DNA of 64,000 nt from Chitinophagia bacterium (GCA_021324175.1 JAJPJP010000247.1:8149-72148), one strand, 5' to 3'. Positions 1 through 9,699 are shown, counted from the first letter of the stretch. The notes: generated by a model from the letters alone, not told the origin. Program-made: numbers and translations.

Positions 1-258
1 AATGAATTGCGAAGCCGCTATTACGGTGATAGCGTTGGTATTCCGTTTTGGTTGATTTTTGATAAAGAGGGGAACCTCCTCGCAGACTCAAAACTACGAT
101 CAGTGGGATCAGGACTAGAAGCGAAAGGAGATAATGTTGGCTGTCCGGCTGAAGAGACCGAGATCAGGTATTTTATTAAAGTTCTTCGGGAGACTTCCCG
201 TATCTCGCCGCAACAAGAGGATATGATTGTTAAAAGATTCAGACTAAACAAAGAGTAA
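1..258 (+). CDS. C-terminal part of a thioredoxin-like protein (truncated by window start)
   Basis: Frame is open from base 1; GIPFWLIFDKEGNLLADS resembles the cis-Pro/beta-strand end of thioredoxin-fold proteins. Confidence 0.55.
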   Translation, partial: NELRSRYYGDSVGIPFWLIFDKEGNLLADSKLRSVGSGLEAKGDNVGCPAEETEIRYFIKVLRETSRISPQQEDMIVKRFRLNKE

Positions 259-292
259 TTTATAGCACAATCAAAATTGTCCTTCCAGCAGC

Positions 293-1375
293 CTAAAGTG
301 TTACCAATTGATAACTGGCGCCAAGCCTGTCAAAATGCGTAGTTATTCGATCTCGATGTGAATCAGTGATCAGTACCTGCCCCCGGTTTTTTACGCATAC
401 TTCTGTGAGCAAATTTGACATTCGTCCTTCATCGAGCTTTTCAAAAACGTCGTCAAGCAATAATATAGGCGGGTATCCCTTATGAACGCGCAAGAGTTCG
501 AACTCCGCAAGTTTCAAGGCAAACAATAGGCTTTTTCTTTGGCCTTGCGAGGCTGTATTCCTGAAAAGTTGACCATGGAATATTACCTCGAGATCGTCCT
601 TGTGAATACCTGCATTCGTCCTTAACGATGAGATATCACGGCTTCGGTACTGCCTAAGTAATTCCTTAAAGTCATTCTGCGACAACTGGCTGACATATTC
701 AATTTCGATGGGTTCGATCGAACCAGCCAGGTCATTGTAGAGTTGCCTGATCATCGGTACTAACTGATGTAACAGTGTCTTCCTTGTCTCATAAACGTAA
801 ATACCGCTCCTGATCATCTGCTCATCATAAACTTCCAACAAATGGTTGTCCGTTCGGCCCCCTTCGGAAATAGATCTCAGTAGGCTGTTTCGTTGTTGGA
901 GCGTGCGATTATAGTCGATTAGTTGTTGAAGGTAATTGGCGTCAGTCTGGCAAAGAAGCGCGTCAATGTAGCGTCGACGGCTTTCACCTCCGCCGATGAT
1001 AATATAGACGTCATCAGGAGCAACAATTATACACGGAAACTTTCCGACGTGATGAGAAAATCGCTCATAAATTTTATCATCTAAAATGAACTCTTTTTTT
1101 CCATTTTCACGCATTATACAGATAGCAGTGCGCACTTCATTATTCAACACAAATTCGCCTTCGATCCGAAATCCTGATTCCCCGAATGATATGTTTTGCT
1201 GATCGGTCTTGGAGAAATAGCTTTTGGTAAAGCAGAGGTAATAAACAGCATCAAGAAGATTTGTTTTTCCAACGCCATTGACCCCTGTGATGCAGGTGAT
1301 TCTTTGATCAAAATGAAACAATGCCCGCGGGTAGTTCTTGAATTGAGTGATTGATATTTTGTCTATGCAGAACAA
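293..1375 (-). CDS. recF: DNA replication and repair protein RecF
   Basis: Walker A GVNGVGKTN, SQGQRKS signature, LLLDDVFEKLD Walker B, 360 aa. Confidence 0.95.
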   Translation of the reverse strand: MFCIDKISITQFKNYPRALFHFDQRITCITGVNGVGKTNLLDAVYYLCFTKSYFSKTDQQNISFGESGFRIEGEFVLNNEVRTAICIMRENGKKEFILDDKIYERFSHHVGKFPCIIVAPDDVYIIIGGGESRRRYIDALLCQTDANYLQQLIDYNRTLQQRNSLLRSISEGGRTDNHLLEVYDEQMIRSGIYVYETRKTLLHQLVPMIRQLYNDLAGSIEPIEIEYVSQLSQNDFKELLRQYRSRDISSLRTNAGIHKDDLEVIFHGQLFRNTASQGQRKSLLFALKLAEFELLRVHKGYPPILLLDDVFEKLDEGRMSNLLTEVCVKNRGQVLITDSHRDRITTHFDRLGASYQLVTL

Positions 1376-1597
1376 TTTTTAGTTTTTATTGTCAATGACC
1401 TGGCGGGTTCAATCGTTAAAAGTACGTTTCATATGAATGTTCGCCATGTTCATGAAAAGGAGACCCGGTTTCCATAGTCAGTATGTTCGATTTGCTGCGT
1501 AAACCCGGTCAGTCCATCGGTCACAATTCGCTCTTTTTGAATAAGAAGGAGCATTGGTTAGCCCGAAATTTTGGACCGAAGATTCGATCGTTACCCT

Positions 1598-1605
1598 TAT
1601 CTTTG
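1598..1605 (+). promoter_or_regulatory. Bacteroidota sigma-A -7 element (TATCTTTG) for pdhA
   Basis: Matches TAnnTTTG 19 nt before the GTG start; TTTG at 1570-1573. Confidence 0.6.
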
Positions 1606-1624
1606 CACACTCAAATTTTAGCAA

Positions 1625-2620
1625 GTGGCTTCTAAATTTTCGAAAGAAACCTACCTGTACTGGTACGAGTTAATGCAACTCATTCGTCAGTTCGAATTAA
1701 CGGCAGAAGAAAAATACAAAATGGAAGGGAAAATACGTGGATTCTTCCATGCTTATGTGGGTCAGGAAGCTATCGCTGCAGGATGTATGACGGCAACCAG
1801 GCAGGAGGATGCTTTTATTACCGGCTATCGCGATCATGGTTTGGCTCTGTCAAAGGGAGTAAGCGCTAATGCGTGCATGGCCGAGTTGTATGGTAAGGCA
1901 ACAGGTGCGGCTAAAGGAAAAGGGGGAAGTATGCATTTTTTTGGAATAAAGCAAAGATTCTTCGGAGGGCACGGTATCGTTGGAGGTCAAATCGGTATTG
2001 GGGCAGGTATCGCTTTTGCCGAAAAATATAAAGGAACGGATAATGTAGTATTGACGTTTTTTGGCGATGGTGCGGCGCGACAGGGCGTATTGCATGAAAC
2101 GTTCAACCTTGCGATGCTTTGGAAGTTGCCCGTCATTTTCATATGCGAAAACAATAACTATGCAATGGGTACCTCTGTTGAGAGGACTTCAAACGTGGTC
2201 GACATATACAAATTGGCGGACTCATACGAGATGCCCGGCGATACCGTGGATGGAATGAGTGCCGAGGCTGTTCATGATTCTGTTTCCAGGGCAGTCAAGC
2301 GGGCAAGGGGGGGCGAAGGCCCAACACTCCTTGAAATAAAGACATATCGATATAAAGGACATTCAATTTCCGATCCCCAAAAATACAGGTCCAAAGAGGA
2401 AGTTGAAGAATACAAGGGGCGCGATCCTATTAAGCAGGTTTTGGATACCATTTTAGCAAAAAAACTTGCTTCACAGGAGCAGATCGACGAAATCGACAAG
2501 CGAGTAAATGAAACAGTTGCGGCCTCCGTTAAGTATGCTGAGGAATCCCCCTGGCCGGACGACAGTGAGGTACTAAAAGACGTGTATGTAGATAAGAATT
2601 ACCCATTTATTACAGATTGA
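1625..2620 (+). CDS. pdhA: Pyruvate dehydrogenase E1 alpha subunit
   Basis: GFFHAYVGQEA, GKGGSMH, TPP motif GDGA...NN, YRYKGHSISDP. Confidence 0.95.
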   Translation: MASKFSKETYLYWYELMQLIRQFELTAEEKYKMEGKIRGFFHAYVGQEAIAAGCMTATRQEDAFITGYRDHGLALSKGVSANACMAELYGKATGAAKGKGGSMHFFGIKQRFFGGHGIVGGQIGIGAGIAFAEKYKGTDNVVLTFFGDGAARQGVLHETFNLAMLWKLPVIFICENNNYAMGTSVERTSNVVDIYKLADSYEMPGDTVDGMSAEAVHDSVSRAVKRARGGEGPTLLEIKTYRYKGHSISDPQKYRSKEEVEEYKGRDPIKQVLDTILAKKLASQEQIDEIDKRVNETVAASVKYAEESPWPDDSEVLKDVYVDKNYPFITD

Positions 2621-2661
2621 GATAATACTTTCTTGTCAAATCAATCAGAAATTTATTCATT

Positions 2662-3342
2662 ATGTCAGAAATCAAGCATCCGGCCCATTTAGAAAAAGAA
2701 ACCAACGTTATTGAAAAAGGCCAGCAATTCTGGGAAAAATACAATAAGAAAATTGTTTATGCGGTGACTGTTATTGCAATCGTAATCATAGCTTTTTTAG
2801 GATATAAGTATATGGTACAGGATCCTAATGAGAAAAAGGCAGAAGAATCGATGTTCCAGGCTGAGCAATACTTTGGCATGGACTCAATACGGCAGGCGCT
2901 AAACGGTGACAATATAAATGCAGGATTTGCGAAAATTGTATCAAAATACGGGGGTACAAAAGCTGGTAACCTCGCAAGATTTTACGCTGGGAGCTGCTAC
3001 CTTAAGCTGGGCGACTTCAACAACGCTGTAAAATACTTGAAAGATTTTAAGACTTCCGCCAGCCAAATTCAAGCCCGTGCATATGGATTGCTGGGGGATG
3101 CTTACTCTGAACTTAATAAAAAGGAGGACGCGGTCGACGAGTATAGGAAAGCGGGCACTCTTTCGGAAAAGGATGAAGTCATTTCACCAGAATACCTATT
3201 TCGCGCAGGTTACCTGTATGAGAGTATGGGTAAGACCAAGGAAGCAATTCAAATGTACCAGATGATAAAGGACAAATACCCCTCCTCCCAACGTGGCCTT
3301 GAAATCGACAAATACCTCGCAAGACTGGGAGTGACAAAATAA
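2662..3342 (+). CDS. Membrane-anchored tetratricopeptide repeat protein (YfgM-like)
   Basis: N-terminal TM helix followed by TPR-like helices; usual Bacteroidota neighbour of ribH and recF. Confidence 0.8.
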   Translation: MSEIKHPAHLEKETNVIEKGQQFWEKYNKKIVYAVTVIAIVIIAFLGYKYMVQDPNEKKAEESMFQAEQYFGMDSIRQALNGDNINAGFAKIVSKYGGTKAGNLARFYAGSCYLKLGDFNNAVKYLKDFKTSASQIQARAYGLLGDAYSELNKKEDAVDEYRKAGTLSEKDEVISPEYLFRAGYLYESMGKTKEAIQMYQMIKDKYPSSQRGLEIDKYLARLGVTK

Positions 3343-3407
3343 TTATCGAGGGTAGTTGATTTTTGAGTGAATTTTTGTCATCAAAAGGTTTCAAAACCTC
3401 CAATCTT

Positions 3408-3902
3408 ATGGCTGACGTAAGCGCAAGCAGATTGTATACTAAACCGGTAATAGAAGAAAATGTATGTATAGTAATCGTAAGGACCGAATGGAATGCCGAG
3501 ATCGTCGATGAATTGGAGTCGGGTTGCAAGCGTATACTTAGCGAGGCTGGTGTTCAAAAAATTCTCACTCTTATTGTGCCTGGTGCCTTCGAAATTCCCT
3601 TCGCGATAAAAAAGTTCTGGGAAAAGAAGAAAGAATCCAAAAACAAGCCGGATGCATTTATCGCACTTGGATGTGTTATTCGTGGCGGGACGCCACATTT
3701 TGAGTACGTTTGCCAAGCGATCACGGACGGCGTATTACGCCTTAACCTGCTAATCCCAGTGCCGACGATATTTGGCGTCTTAACTGTGGATAATCAGATG
3801 CAGGCAGAAGAAAGGCTTGGCCAAGTCCATGGGCACAAGGGCGAGGAAGCGGCGCTTGCAGCTTTGAAAATGATCAGCTTTATGCAAAATCTAAAAAAAT
3901 GA
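3408..3902 (+). CDS. ribH: 6,7-dimethyl-8-ribityllumazine synthase
   Basis: EWNAEIV, VPGAFEIP, GCVIRGGTPHFEYV, FGVLT motifs; ATG 3408 preferred over TTG 3363. Confidence 0.95.
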   Translation: MADVSASRLYTKPVIEENVCIVIVRTEWNAEIVDELESGCKRILSEAGVQKILTLIVPGAFEIPFAIKKFWEKKKESKNKPDAFIALGCVIRGGTPHFEYVCQAITDGVLRLNLLIPVPTIFGVLTVDNQMQAEERLGQVHGHKGEEAALAALKMISFMQNLKK

Positions 3903-3916
3903 AATAGCTGCTGAAC

Positions 3917-4636
3917 ATGATTGTGCAACTCTTTGTTCCCTGTTTTGTCGATCAATTGTTTCCCGACACCGCATTTAATATGATTCGGGTCCTTGAGAAG
4001 GCTGGATGCGCTGTACACTATAACCCCAACCAAACCTGCTGCGGCCAGCCGGCATTTAACGCAGGTTTTTGGCAGGATGCCAAGGAAGTATGCTCTAAGT
4101 TTATCGATGACTTTTCGGGGAATGAAATTGTGGTAACACCCAGTGCCTCATGTGCCGGATTTGTCCGAAACTACTATCAAAAGATTTTCGAAAATTCGTC
4201 TTTGCACAACGTCTCTCGTGACATGCAAAAAAGAGTCTTTGAGTTTTCGGAGTTTTTGATAAAAGTAATGAGAGTTGAAGATTTCGGCGCGGAATTTCAT
4301 GCAAAAGTTACTTATCACGATTCTTGCGCGGCACTTCGCGACTGCGGGATCAAGGATGAACCCCGACAATTACTTTCGTGCGTCAGGGGTCTCGAATTGA
4401 TTGAAATGGATGACAATGAAACTTGTTGTGGTTTTGGCGGAACCTTTGCGGTAAAATTTACGTCGATATCGGGTGGAATGGCTGAACAAAAGCTGGAGCA
4501 CGCAATCCAAACGGGTGCTCAATATTTGATATCGTCCGACCTTTCTTGCTTAATGCATCTTGATGGTTTTCTAAGGAAGAGGCATATGCCCCTCCAGACT
4601 ATGCATATTGCGGATGTGATCTCGAAATTTGTTTAA
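3917..4636 (+). CDS. CCG-domain Fe-S protein (LutA/YkgE family)
   Basis: LFVPCFVDQLFP, QTCCGQP, YHDSC, CCGFGGTF motifs. Confidence 0.85.
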   Translation: MIVQLFVPCFVDQLFPDTAFNMIRVLEKAGCAVHYNPNQTCCGQPAFNAGFWQDAKEVCSKFIDDFSGNEIVVTPSASCAGFVRNYYQKIFENSSLHNVSRDMQKRVFEFSEFLIKVMRVEDFGAEFHAKVTYHDSCAALRDCGIKDEPRQLLSCVRGLELIEMDDNETCCGFGGTFAVKFTSISGGMAEQKLEHAIQTGAQYLISSDLSCLMHLDGFLRKRHMPLQTMHIADVISKFV

Positions 4637-4681
4637 TCGTATTTTTCTATTAATCAATAAGTTATTTAGAATACGTTAAAT

Positions 4682-4718
4682 AAAAAACCATCTGTAATGC
4701 AAATGCACACAGATGGTT
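4682..4718 (-). terminator. Intrinsic terminator
   Basis: 10-bp stem aaccatctgt/acagatggtt followed by a T-run on the minus strand. Confidence 0.6.
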
Positions 4719-4883
4719 GAACCCTTAAAACAACCTGTCGCAAAACTTAAATACGATTAGGAACCTAGGTTTCTCAACTTATATACGGTAAATTCTCCGA
4801 CGCGGACTGTGAAAGGTCCAAATTTTTTTGCTGGAAGCCTTGAATTTGGCAGATTCATTCTTTGAATATCAGCCCAAAATTCC

Positions 4884-5672
4884 TCAGAGCCCCGCATAGT
4901 AGTCATATCCTCTTTCAAACCAATAATCCGGGGGCTTCTCATTGCTAAAAAAAATAGTTCCTATTCGCTTAATGCTCTTTATGCCGTATTTCACCGGTAT
5001 TATTAAGCGGAGGGGGAATCCCTGGTTCATCGGCAGCGGTTGCCGGTTCATTTCGTAACAGAGCAGAGTTTGGGGATGAAGGGCGCTCGGCATGTCAATT
5101 CCGACATAATATTCGTTACCGGGTGTGGTCATTCCCACGTACTTCATGGAGGACTCATTCTCCAAATGGTAGAATTTTATGAAATCGGCAAATCTGACGC
5201 CGCCCCACCAGGTGATCTGATTCCAGCCTTCTATGCATTTAAAATTGAATATGATCTCTGTCTTTGGCAGCCGCTTGAGATCCTCAATCGTAAAATAAGC
5301 TGTATCTCCGCTGCTCTTGACAACTTGCAATTTCCATTTTGTCGCATCAAAATTGTTTCCAAGGCCGATATTGCCATTAACCCGAACCCGTTTTGCCGCT
5401 TCTGAAACAGGATAAGTTTTGGCAAGATGTCCAGCGCTCTCAAGATTGCCAAAAACTTTTTCATTAAGGTTAAGAATGCTTCGAAATGGCTTCTGTATTC
5501 CCCCTTGGATACCGTTATCAAATGGTTGGTTCCAGAGCCATCGCCAGCTGAAGACCGCCACTATTGCCAATGTGATGAAGATGGTAAAAGAAATAAGCGT
5601 TTTTTTCGCGGCCTTATATTCAACGGACGTCTTGGAATAGTTGGCAAATAAATGTCTTGTTGTTTTTTTCAT
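4884..5672 (-). CDS. Molybdopterin-dependent oxidoreductase (sulfite oxidase/MsrP-like)
   Basis: KCIEGW (Mo-ligating Cys), GFPLRLIIPVKYGIKSIK, YWFERGY; N-terminal TM helix. Confidence 0.85.
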   Translation of the reverse strand: MKKTTRHLFANYSKTSVEYKAAKKTLISFTIFITLAIVAVFSWRWLWNQPFDNGIQGGIQKPFRSILNLNEKVFGNLESAGHLAKTYPVSEAAKRVRVNGNIGLGNNFDATKWKLQVVKSSGDTAYFTIEDLKRLPKTEIIFNFKCIEGWNQITWWGGVRFADFIKFYHLENESSMKYVGMTTPGNEYYVGIDMPSALHPQTLLCYEMNRQPLPMNQGFPLRLIIPVKYGIKSIKRIGTIFFSNEKPPDYWFERGYDYYAGL

Positions 5673-6343
5673 GCGGACTTCTTTTCGTTACCATCTTGGA
5701 CTATTTCGAAGCCCGATACAACGCTTCGGAAATTATTCCAACCTGCAAGAATCACTTGTATTATATGAACAATAAAAAATGTGGTATATCCGATGGTCAA
5801 TATAAAATGCAAAATTCGCGCAAAAGCGTAACCGCCCATCAGCTCACAAAGCCACCATAGTTGCACTGGCTTATAGATGGCTAAACCAGTCAATACAGAT
5901 CCCAGACCCATGATGATTATGCCGGAATAGGCAATTTTTTGCGCAGCGTTGTATTTTTTTTGCGGCGGGGCTGTCTTGCGTAGGTGAAGATCGTGGAGCA
6001 CGACGAGCCAAGCTTCTTTAAATGAATTCCTGTTTGGAACCAATTCGCGCCATTCTCCGGAAAATAAAGTGTATAGCACATATAAAAGGCCGTTGAGAAA
6101 GAATATCCACATAAAGACGAAGTGTACGGCCATTCCTTCTGCTAGTTTGTAACTGAGATGCAAAGCATCGTAAATTGACTGAGGGAAAAACTTTAGAAGC
6201 GTTGTGTTGCCCCACCCCAATCGATATATGTCATTTGCCCAGTAGATCATTAATCCGCTCCAAGTCATAATGATTAGGATTGGAAAGTTGATCCAGTGAA
6301 ACCAACGCATTGCCAGTGAATGTTTCGATACAATTTTAGGCAT
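5669..6343 (-). CDS. Cytochrome b/b6-domain membrane protein (YdhU/PhsC-like)
   Basis: RWFHWIN, KYNAAQKIAY, heme-ligating His residues in four TM helices; 4-bp overlap with the oxidoreductase gene. Confidence 0.85.
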   Translation of the reverse strand: MPKIVSKHSLAMRWFHWINFPILIIMTWSGLMIYWANDIYRLGWGNTTLLKFFPQSIYDALHLSYKLAEGMAVHFVFMWIFFLNGLLYVLYTLFSGEWRELVPNRNSFKEAWLVVLHDLHLRKTAPPQKKYNAAQKIAYSGIIIMGLGSVLTGLAIYKPVQLWWLCELMGGYAFARILHFILTIGYTTFFIVHIIQVILAGWNNFRSVVSGFEIVQDGNEKKSA

Positions 6344-6396
6344 AAATTAGGATCTTTGTCCGGCAATAAAATCGCATAACAAGGTACAAATAAAAT

Positions 6397-6428
6397 CAAA
6401 ATACCGGCAACTACGATGCTGCCGGTAT
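6397..6428 (-). terminator. Intrinsic terminator after the fasciclin gene
   Basis: 9-bp stem ataccggca/tgccggtat with a T-run on the minus strand. Confidence 0.6.
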
Positions 6429-6445
6429 ATGTCGCTTGAATCCAA

Positions 6446-7006
6446 CTAATTCTTAGGCAAAAGCACGTGATCGATTACATGAATTACGCCGTTGCTTTGG
6501 TAAACGTTCTTTATGGTTATCATTGCAGTGGTGCCGTTCTCATCTTTTAGAACAATTTTGTTTCCTTTCATCATAGCCCACAATTTCCCACCTGAAACCG
6601 TATTCAGCTCCGCGGTCCCATTGCCTGATTTGATCATATCAGCAATTTCTTTAGAACCAAGACTGCCGGCAACAACATGATAAGTGAGTATGCCACTAAG
6701 CTTCGCTTTGTTTTCGGGCTTGAGTAATGTTTCAACTGTACCTTTGGGGAGCATATCGAATGCCTCGTTCGTTGGTGCGAAGACTGTATAGGGTCCAGGA
6801 GTCTCCAGGGTTTCCACCAGCCCCGCGGCCTTTACGGCAGCCACGAGCGTAGTGTGGTCTTTGGAGTTGACAGCATTTTCCACGATATTTTTGGAAGGAT
6901 ACATTGCTGCTCCGCCCACTTCGACTGTTTTTTCCATCTGACCAAAGGCGAAGTTAAGCCCACAGAGCAATGCGACTGTTGTTGCAATAGATTTAAACGA
7001 TTTCAT
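6446..7006 (-). CDS. Secreted fasciclin (FAS1) domain protein
   Basis: Signal peptide from ATG 7006; TVFAPTNEAF, LTYHVV, NGVIHVIDHVLLP. Confidence 0.92.
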   Translation of the reverse strand: MKSFKSIATTVALLCGLNFAFGQMEKTVEVGGAAMYPSKNIVENAVNSKDHTTLVAAVKAAGLVETLETPGPYTVFAPTNEAFDMLPKGTVETLLKPENKAKLSGILTYHVVAGSLGSKEIADMIKSGNGTAELNTVSGGKLWAMMKGNKIVLKDENGTTAMITIKNVYQSNGVIHVIDHVLLPKN

Positions 7007-7177
7007 AATATTTTTTTGAATGTTATTTGAATCTTTGTCGCTACATGTAATCAACGCAAACACATACGAAGATTTTCGATTTGTTGGATTTAATCGTTTC
7101 AAATTTTTTTTTGAGAATGAGAAAGGTTGAGGAAATTTACAGGATACAATTATACGTCCATAAATAAATATTCCATC

Positions 7178-7588
7178 ATGGCATACTGGTTAGTAAAATC
7201 CGAACCTTCAACTTATAGTTGGGAACAATTACAAAAAGACAAAAAAACGACCTGGGACGGTGTCCGAAATTATGCAGCCAGAAATCACCTTAAGGCAATG
7301 AAAAAGGGGGAGGAAGTTTTTTTTTATCATAGCAATGAACGGAATGGCATCGTGGGGATCGCCAAAGTAGCGAAGGAATTCTTCCAGGATCCGACGACGG
7401 AAGATGAAGCCTGGGTTTCTGTTGAGCTTAAACCTTTCAAAAAGTTGAAGAATTCCGTATCTCTGGAAGCCATTAAAAACGACAAAAGACTTTCCGAAAT
7501 GGCGTTGGTCAGGATCGGGCGCCTATCTGTTCAGCCTGTTGCTGACAAGGAGTGGCAAATTATTTTGCAAATGTCACAAACGGCATGA
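7178..7588 (+). CDS. EVE domain protein
   Basis: YWLVKSEP, WDGVRNYAARN, FFYHS, RLSVQPV; ATG 7178. Confidence 0.92.
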   Translation: MAYWLVKSEPSTYSWEQLQKDKKTTWDGVRNYAARNHLKAMKKGEEVFFYHSNERNGIVGIAKVAKEFFQDPTTEDEAWVSVELKPFKKLKNSVSLEAIKNDKRLSEMALVRIGRLSVQPVADKEWQIILQMSQTA

Positions 7589-7628
7589 TTTGGAATTTCG
7601 GCGGCGGTTTTCAAATTAATATTATTCA

Positions 7629-8324
7629 ATGCGAAAAAAAAAGTTGGTGGTGCTATCCGGTGCAGGAATTAGTGCTGAAAGCGGGCTAAAAACTTTTCGC
7701 GACAGTGATGGCTTGTGGGAGGGCTTTCCGGTCACTGAAGTGGCTACGCCAGGCGCCTGGAAACGAAACCCGCAACAGGTTTTGGGTTTCTATAATATGC
7801 GTCGGAAAAATGTTTTGGAAGCCAAGCCGAATATGGCGCATTTTGGACTTGCTGCGCTCGAGTCGGACTTTGAGGTCACTATAATTACGCAAAATATTGA
7901 TGACCTACATGAACGATCCGGGTCAACAAAGGTAGTTCACCTGCATGGTGAAATATTCAAAATGCGTAGCGAAGACACATTGGATCTTATTTATGATATC
8001 CGAACGGATATAAAATGGGGTGATTGCGCGGCTGATGGTAAGCAACTTAGACCTCACATAGTATGGTTTGAAGAACCGGTCCCAATGATTGAAATAGCGA
8101 CCGACATCGTTCGTCAGGCCGAAATATTCGTCGTTATTGGAACGTCATTAGTAGTATACCCCGCCGCCGGCCTGATAAACTACACAAGGCCGGGTATTCC
8201 TAAAATTATCATCGATAAGCGAATTCCTTATTTGGCAAAAATTGAAAATATTATTACAATAGAGAAAACAGCTTCGGAAGGAGTAGCTGAGCTAAGTAAC
8301 CTTTTGCTCTCAAATCATCTTTAG
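7629..8324 (+). CDS. cobB: NAD-dependent protein deacylase (Sir2/CobB family)
   Basis: GAGISAESGLKTFRD, TQNIDDLHE, HLHG, RPHIVWF, GTSLVVYPAA. Confidence 0.9.
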   Translation: MRKKKLVVLSGAGISAESGLKTFRDSDGLWEGFPVTEVATPGAWKRNPQQVLGFYNMRRKNVLEAKPNMAHFGLAALESDFEVTIITQNIDDLHERSGSTKVVHLHGEIFKMRSEDTLDLIYDIRTDIKWGDCAADGKQLRPHIVWFEEPVPMIEIATDIVRQAEIFVVIGTSLVVYPAAGLINYTRPGIPKIIIDKRIPYLAKIENIITIEKTASEGVAELSNLLLSNHL

Positions 8325-8370
8325 AAATTCTGTAACAAACTGTTGCTTATCATTGCACAAAGTGATTGAA

Positions 8371-9690
8371 ATGAAATTCCGCTGGATCCTGATCTTTGTA
8401 TCGATTGCCTGCGGCAGGTGTATCGCACAATCTGATCCCAACTTGCAGAAACTTCGGTCGTTTTCGTTGAAATATGTGCCTCGCGGCTATGATTCCACCT
8501 TAAGCTTTATTTCTTATGCGCCCGGGGGCAATCTAAATTACCTATTTCCCCTGTACCAATTTTTTAAGCAGCCCGTGAAGTTTCACTCATTATTGGGGAT
8601 TGCATTCTATGATCGGCTGAGCGAGGCAGTTTCATTTGTGGAAGACTATCACAGTTCGCTCGAAATAGAGGAAAAAAGCTACGAACCAGTTGAGGATGCC
8701 ACGCAAATAACGATCCAAAAAACAGTTGCTGAATTTAGAGGAATTCAACACGTAGATGCAAGGCGATATATTTCTTTTTTAGCCAAGCAATTTCGTGTAA
8801 TAATGCTTAATGAATCGCCTTCAAAACCTGTTCACCGGGCATTTGCGATTTCCTTGCTTGAAGATTTGCGTAACAAAGGATTTAAGTATCTCGCGATGGA
8901 AATGTTGAACAATTTCGCCGGGCGCGCTCGAGGGAGGCTTGATGCCGGCAGCGGCGACTTTACCGCCGAGCCAATAGCAGGAGAATTGGTGAGGCGTGCG
9001 CTTGAGCTTGGTTTTACGCTAGTTCCGTATGAAGATACGCTAGGATTATCGGGCCAGCATGATGCCAGGCAACGGGACTCAGTTCAGGCAGAAAATATCT
9101 TCTCGATCATCAAAGGCGATTCGGCTGCAAAGATTTTTGTTTATGCAAGCTACGGACACATCGCTAAATCAGCTGCCGACTCCAGCTTTCGTCCAATGGC
9201 TCTAGTGTTCCGGCAGATTTCGGGAATTGATCCGCTGACAATCGATCAAACTGCCATGACTGAGGGCAGTAACTTTGCATATGGCGATGCGCTTTATAAG
9301 TCATACACAGAAAAATATTATTTATCGAGCCCGTCAATCGCAATGATAAATGGCGATGCTGTAAATATTTGTAACGATAAAAGTGTTGATATTTCTGTCA
9401 TCCATCCACCGACAGTCTATCGAGATGGCCGCCCCGAATGGCTTTCATTGAATGGTCTTCGCAAACCCATTCTCATTAACCCTCACACCAAAGATGCTTT
9501 TCTTATCCAGGCTTACTACCAGCGCGAAGCAGACCTGGAAGGCCCGGGGAAAATAGTACCGGCGGACCAAAGCTACATACCGACTCCAAGTGGGTCCTAT
9601 CTGCTGTATTTAAGACCCGGAAGGTATACGATCATTTATCGAAGCCTGGGTTATCACCTCATTGGCAAGTTGAAAATTAATGTAGAATGA
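8371..9690 (+). CDS. Secreted hypothetical protein, possibly EreA/ChaN-like fold
   Basis: Signal peptide; VIMLNE...HR...GFKYLAME and YGHI pattern. Confidence 0.6.
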   Translation: MKFRWILIFVSIACGRCIAQSDPNLQKLRSFSLKYVPRGYDSTLSFISYAPGGNLNYLFPLYQFFKQPVKFHSLLGIAFYDRLSEAVSFVEDYHSSLEIEEKSYEPVEDATQITIQKTVAEFRGIQHVDARRYISFLAKQFRVIMLNESPSKPVHRAFAISLLEDLRNKGFKYLAMEMLNNFAGRARGRLDAGSGDFTAEPIAGELVRRALELGFTLVPYEDTLGLSGQHDARQRDSVQAENIFSIIKGDSAAKIFVYASYGHIAKSAADSSFRPMALVFRQISGIDPLTIDQTAMTEGSNFAYGDALYKSYTEKYYLSSPSIAMINGDAVNICNDKSVDISVIHPPTVYRDGRPEWLSLNGLRKPILINPHTKDAFLIQAYYQREADLEGPGKIVPADQSYIPTPSGSYLLYLRPGRYTIIYRSLGYHLIGKLKINVE

Positions 9691-9699
9691 TTTTGGTTA

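Noticed and set aside
293-1624. recF region as oriC
   Set aside because: No dnaA or dnaN next to it and no DnaA-box cluster seen; recF near the TPR and ribH genes is the usual Bacteroidota arrangement.
1625-2620. pdhA without pdhB/pdhC
   Set aside because: Dispersed PDH genes are common in Bacteroidota.
7178-8324. EVE plus Sir2 pair as an anti-phage defence system
   Set aside because: The sirtuin is a canonical CobB-type deacylase, not a SIR2 NADase effector, and the EVE protein is the common stand-alone type in a housekeeping context.
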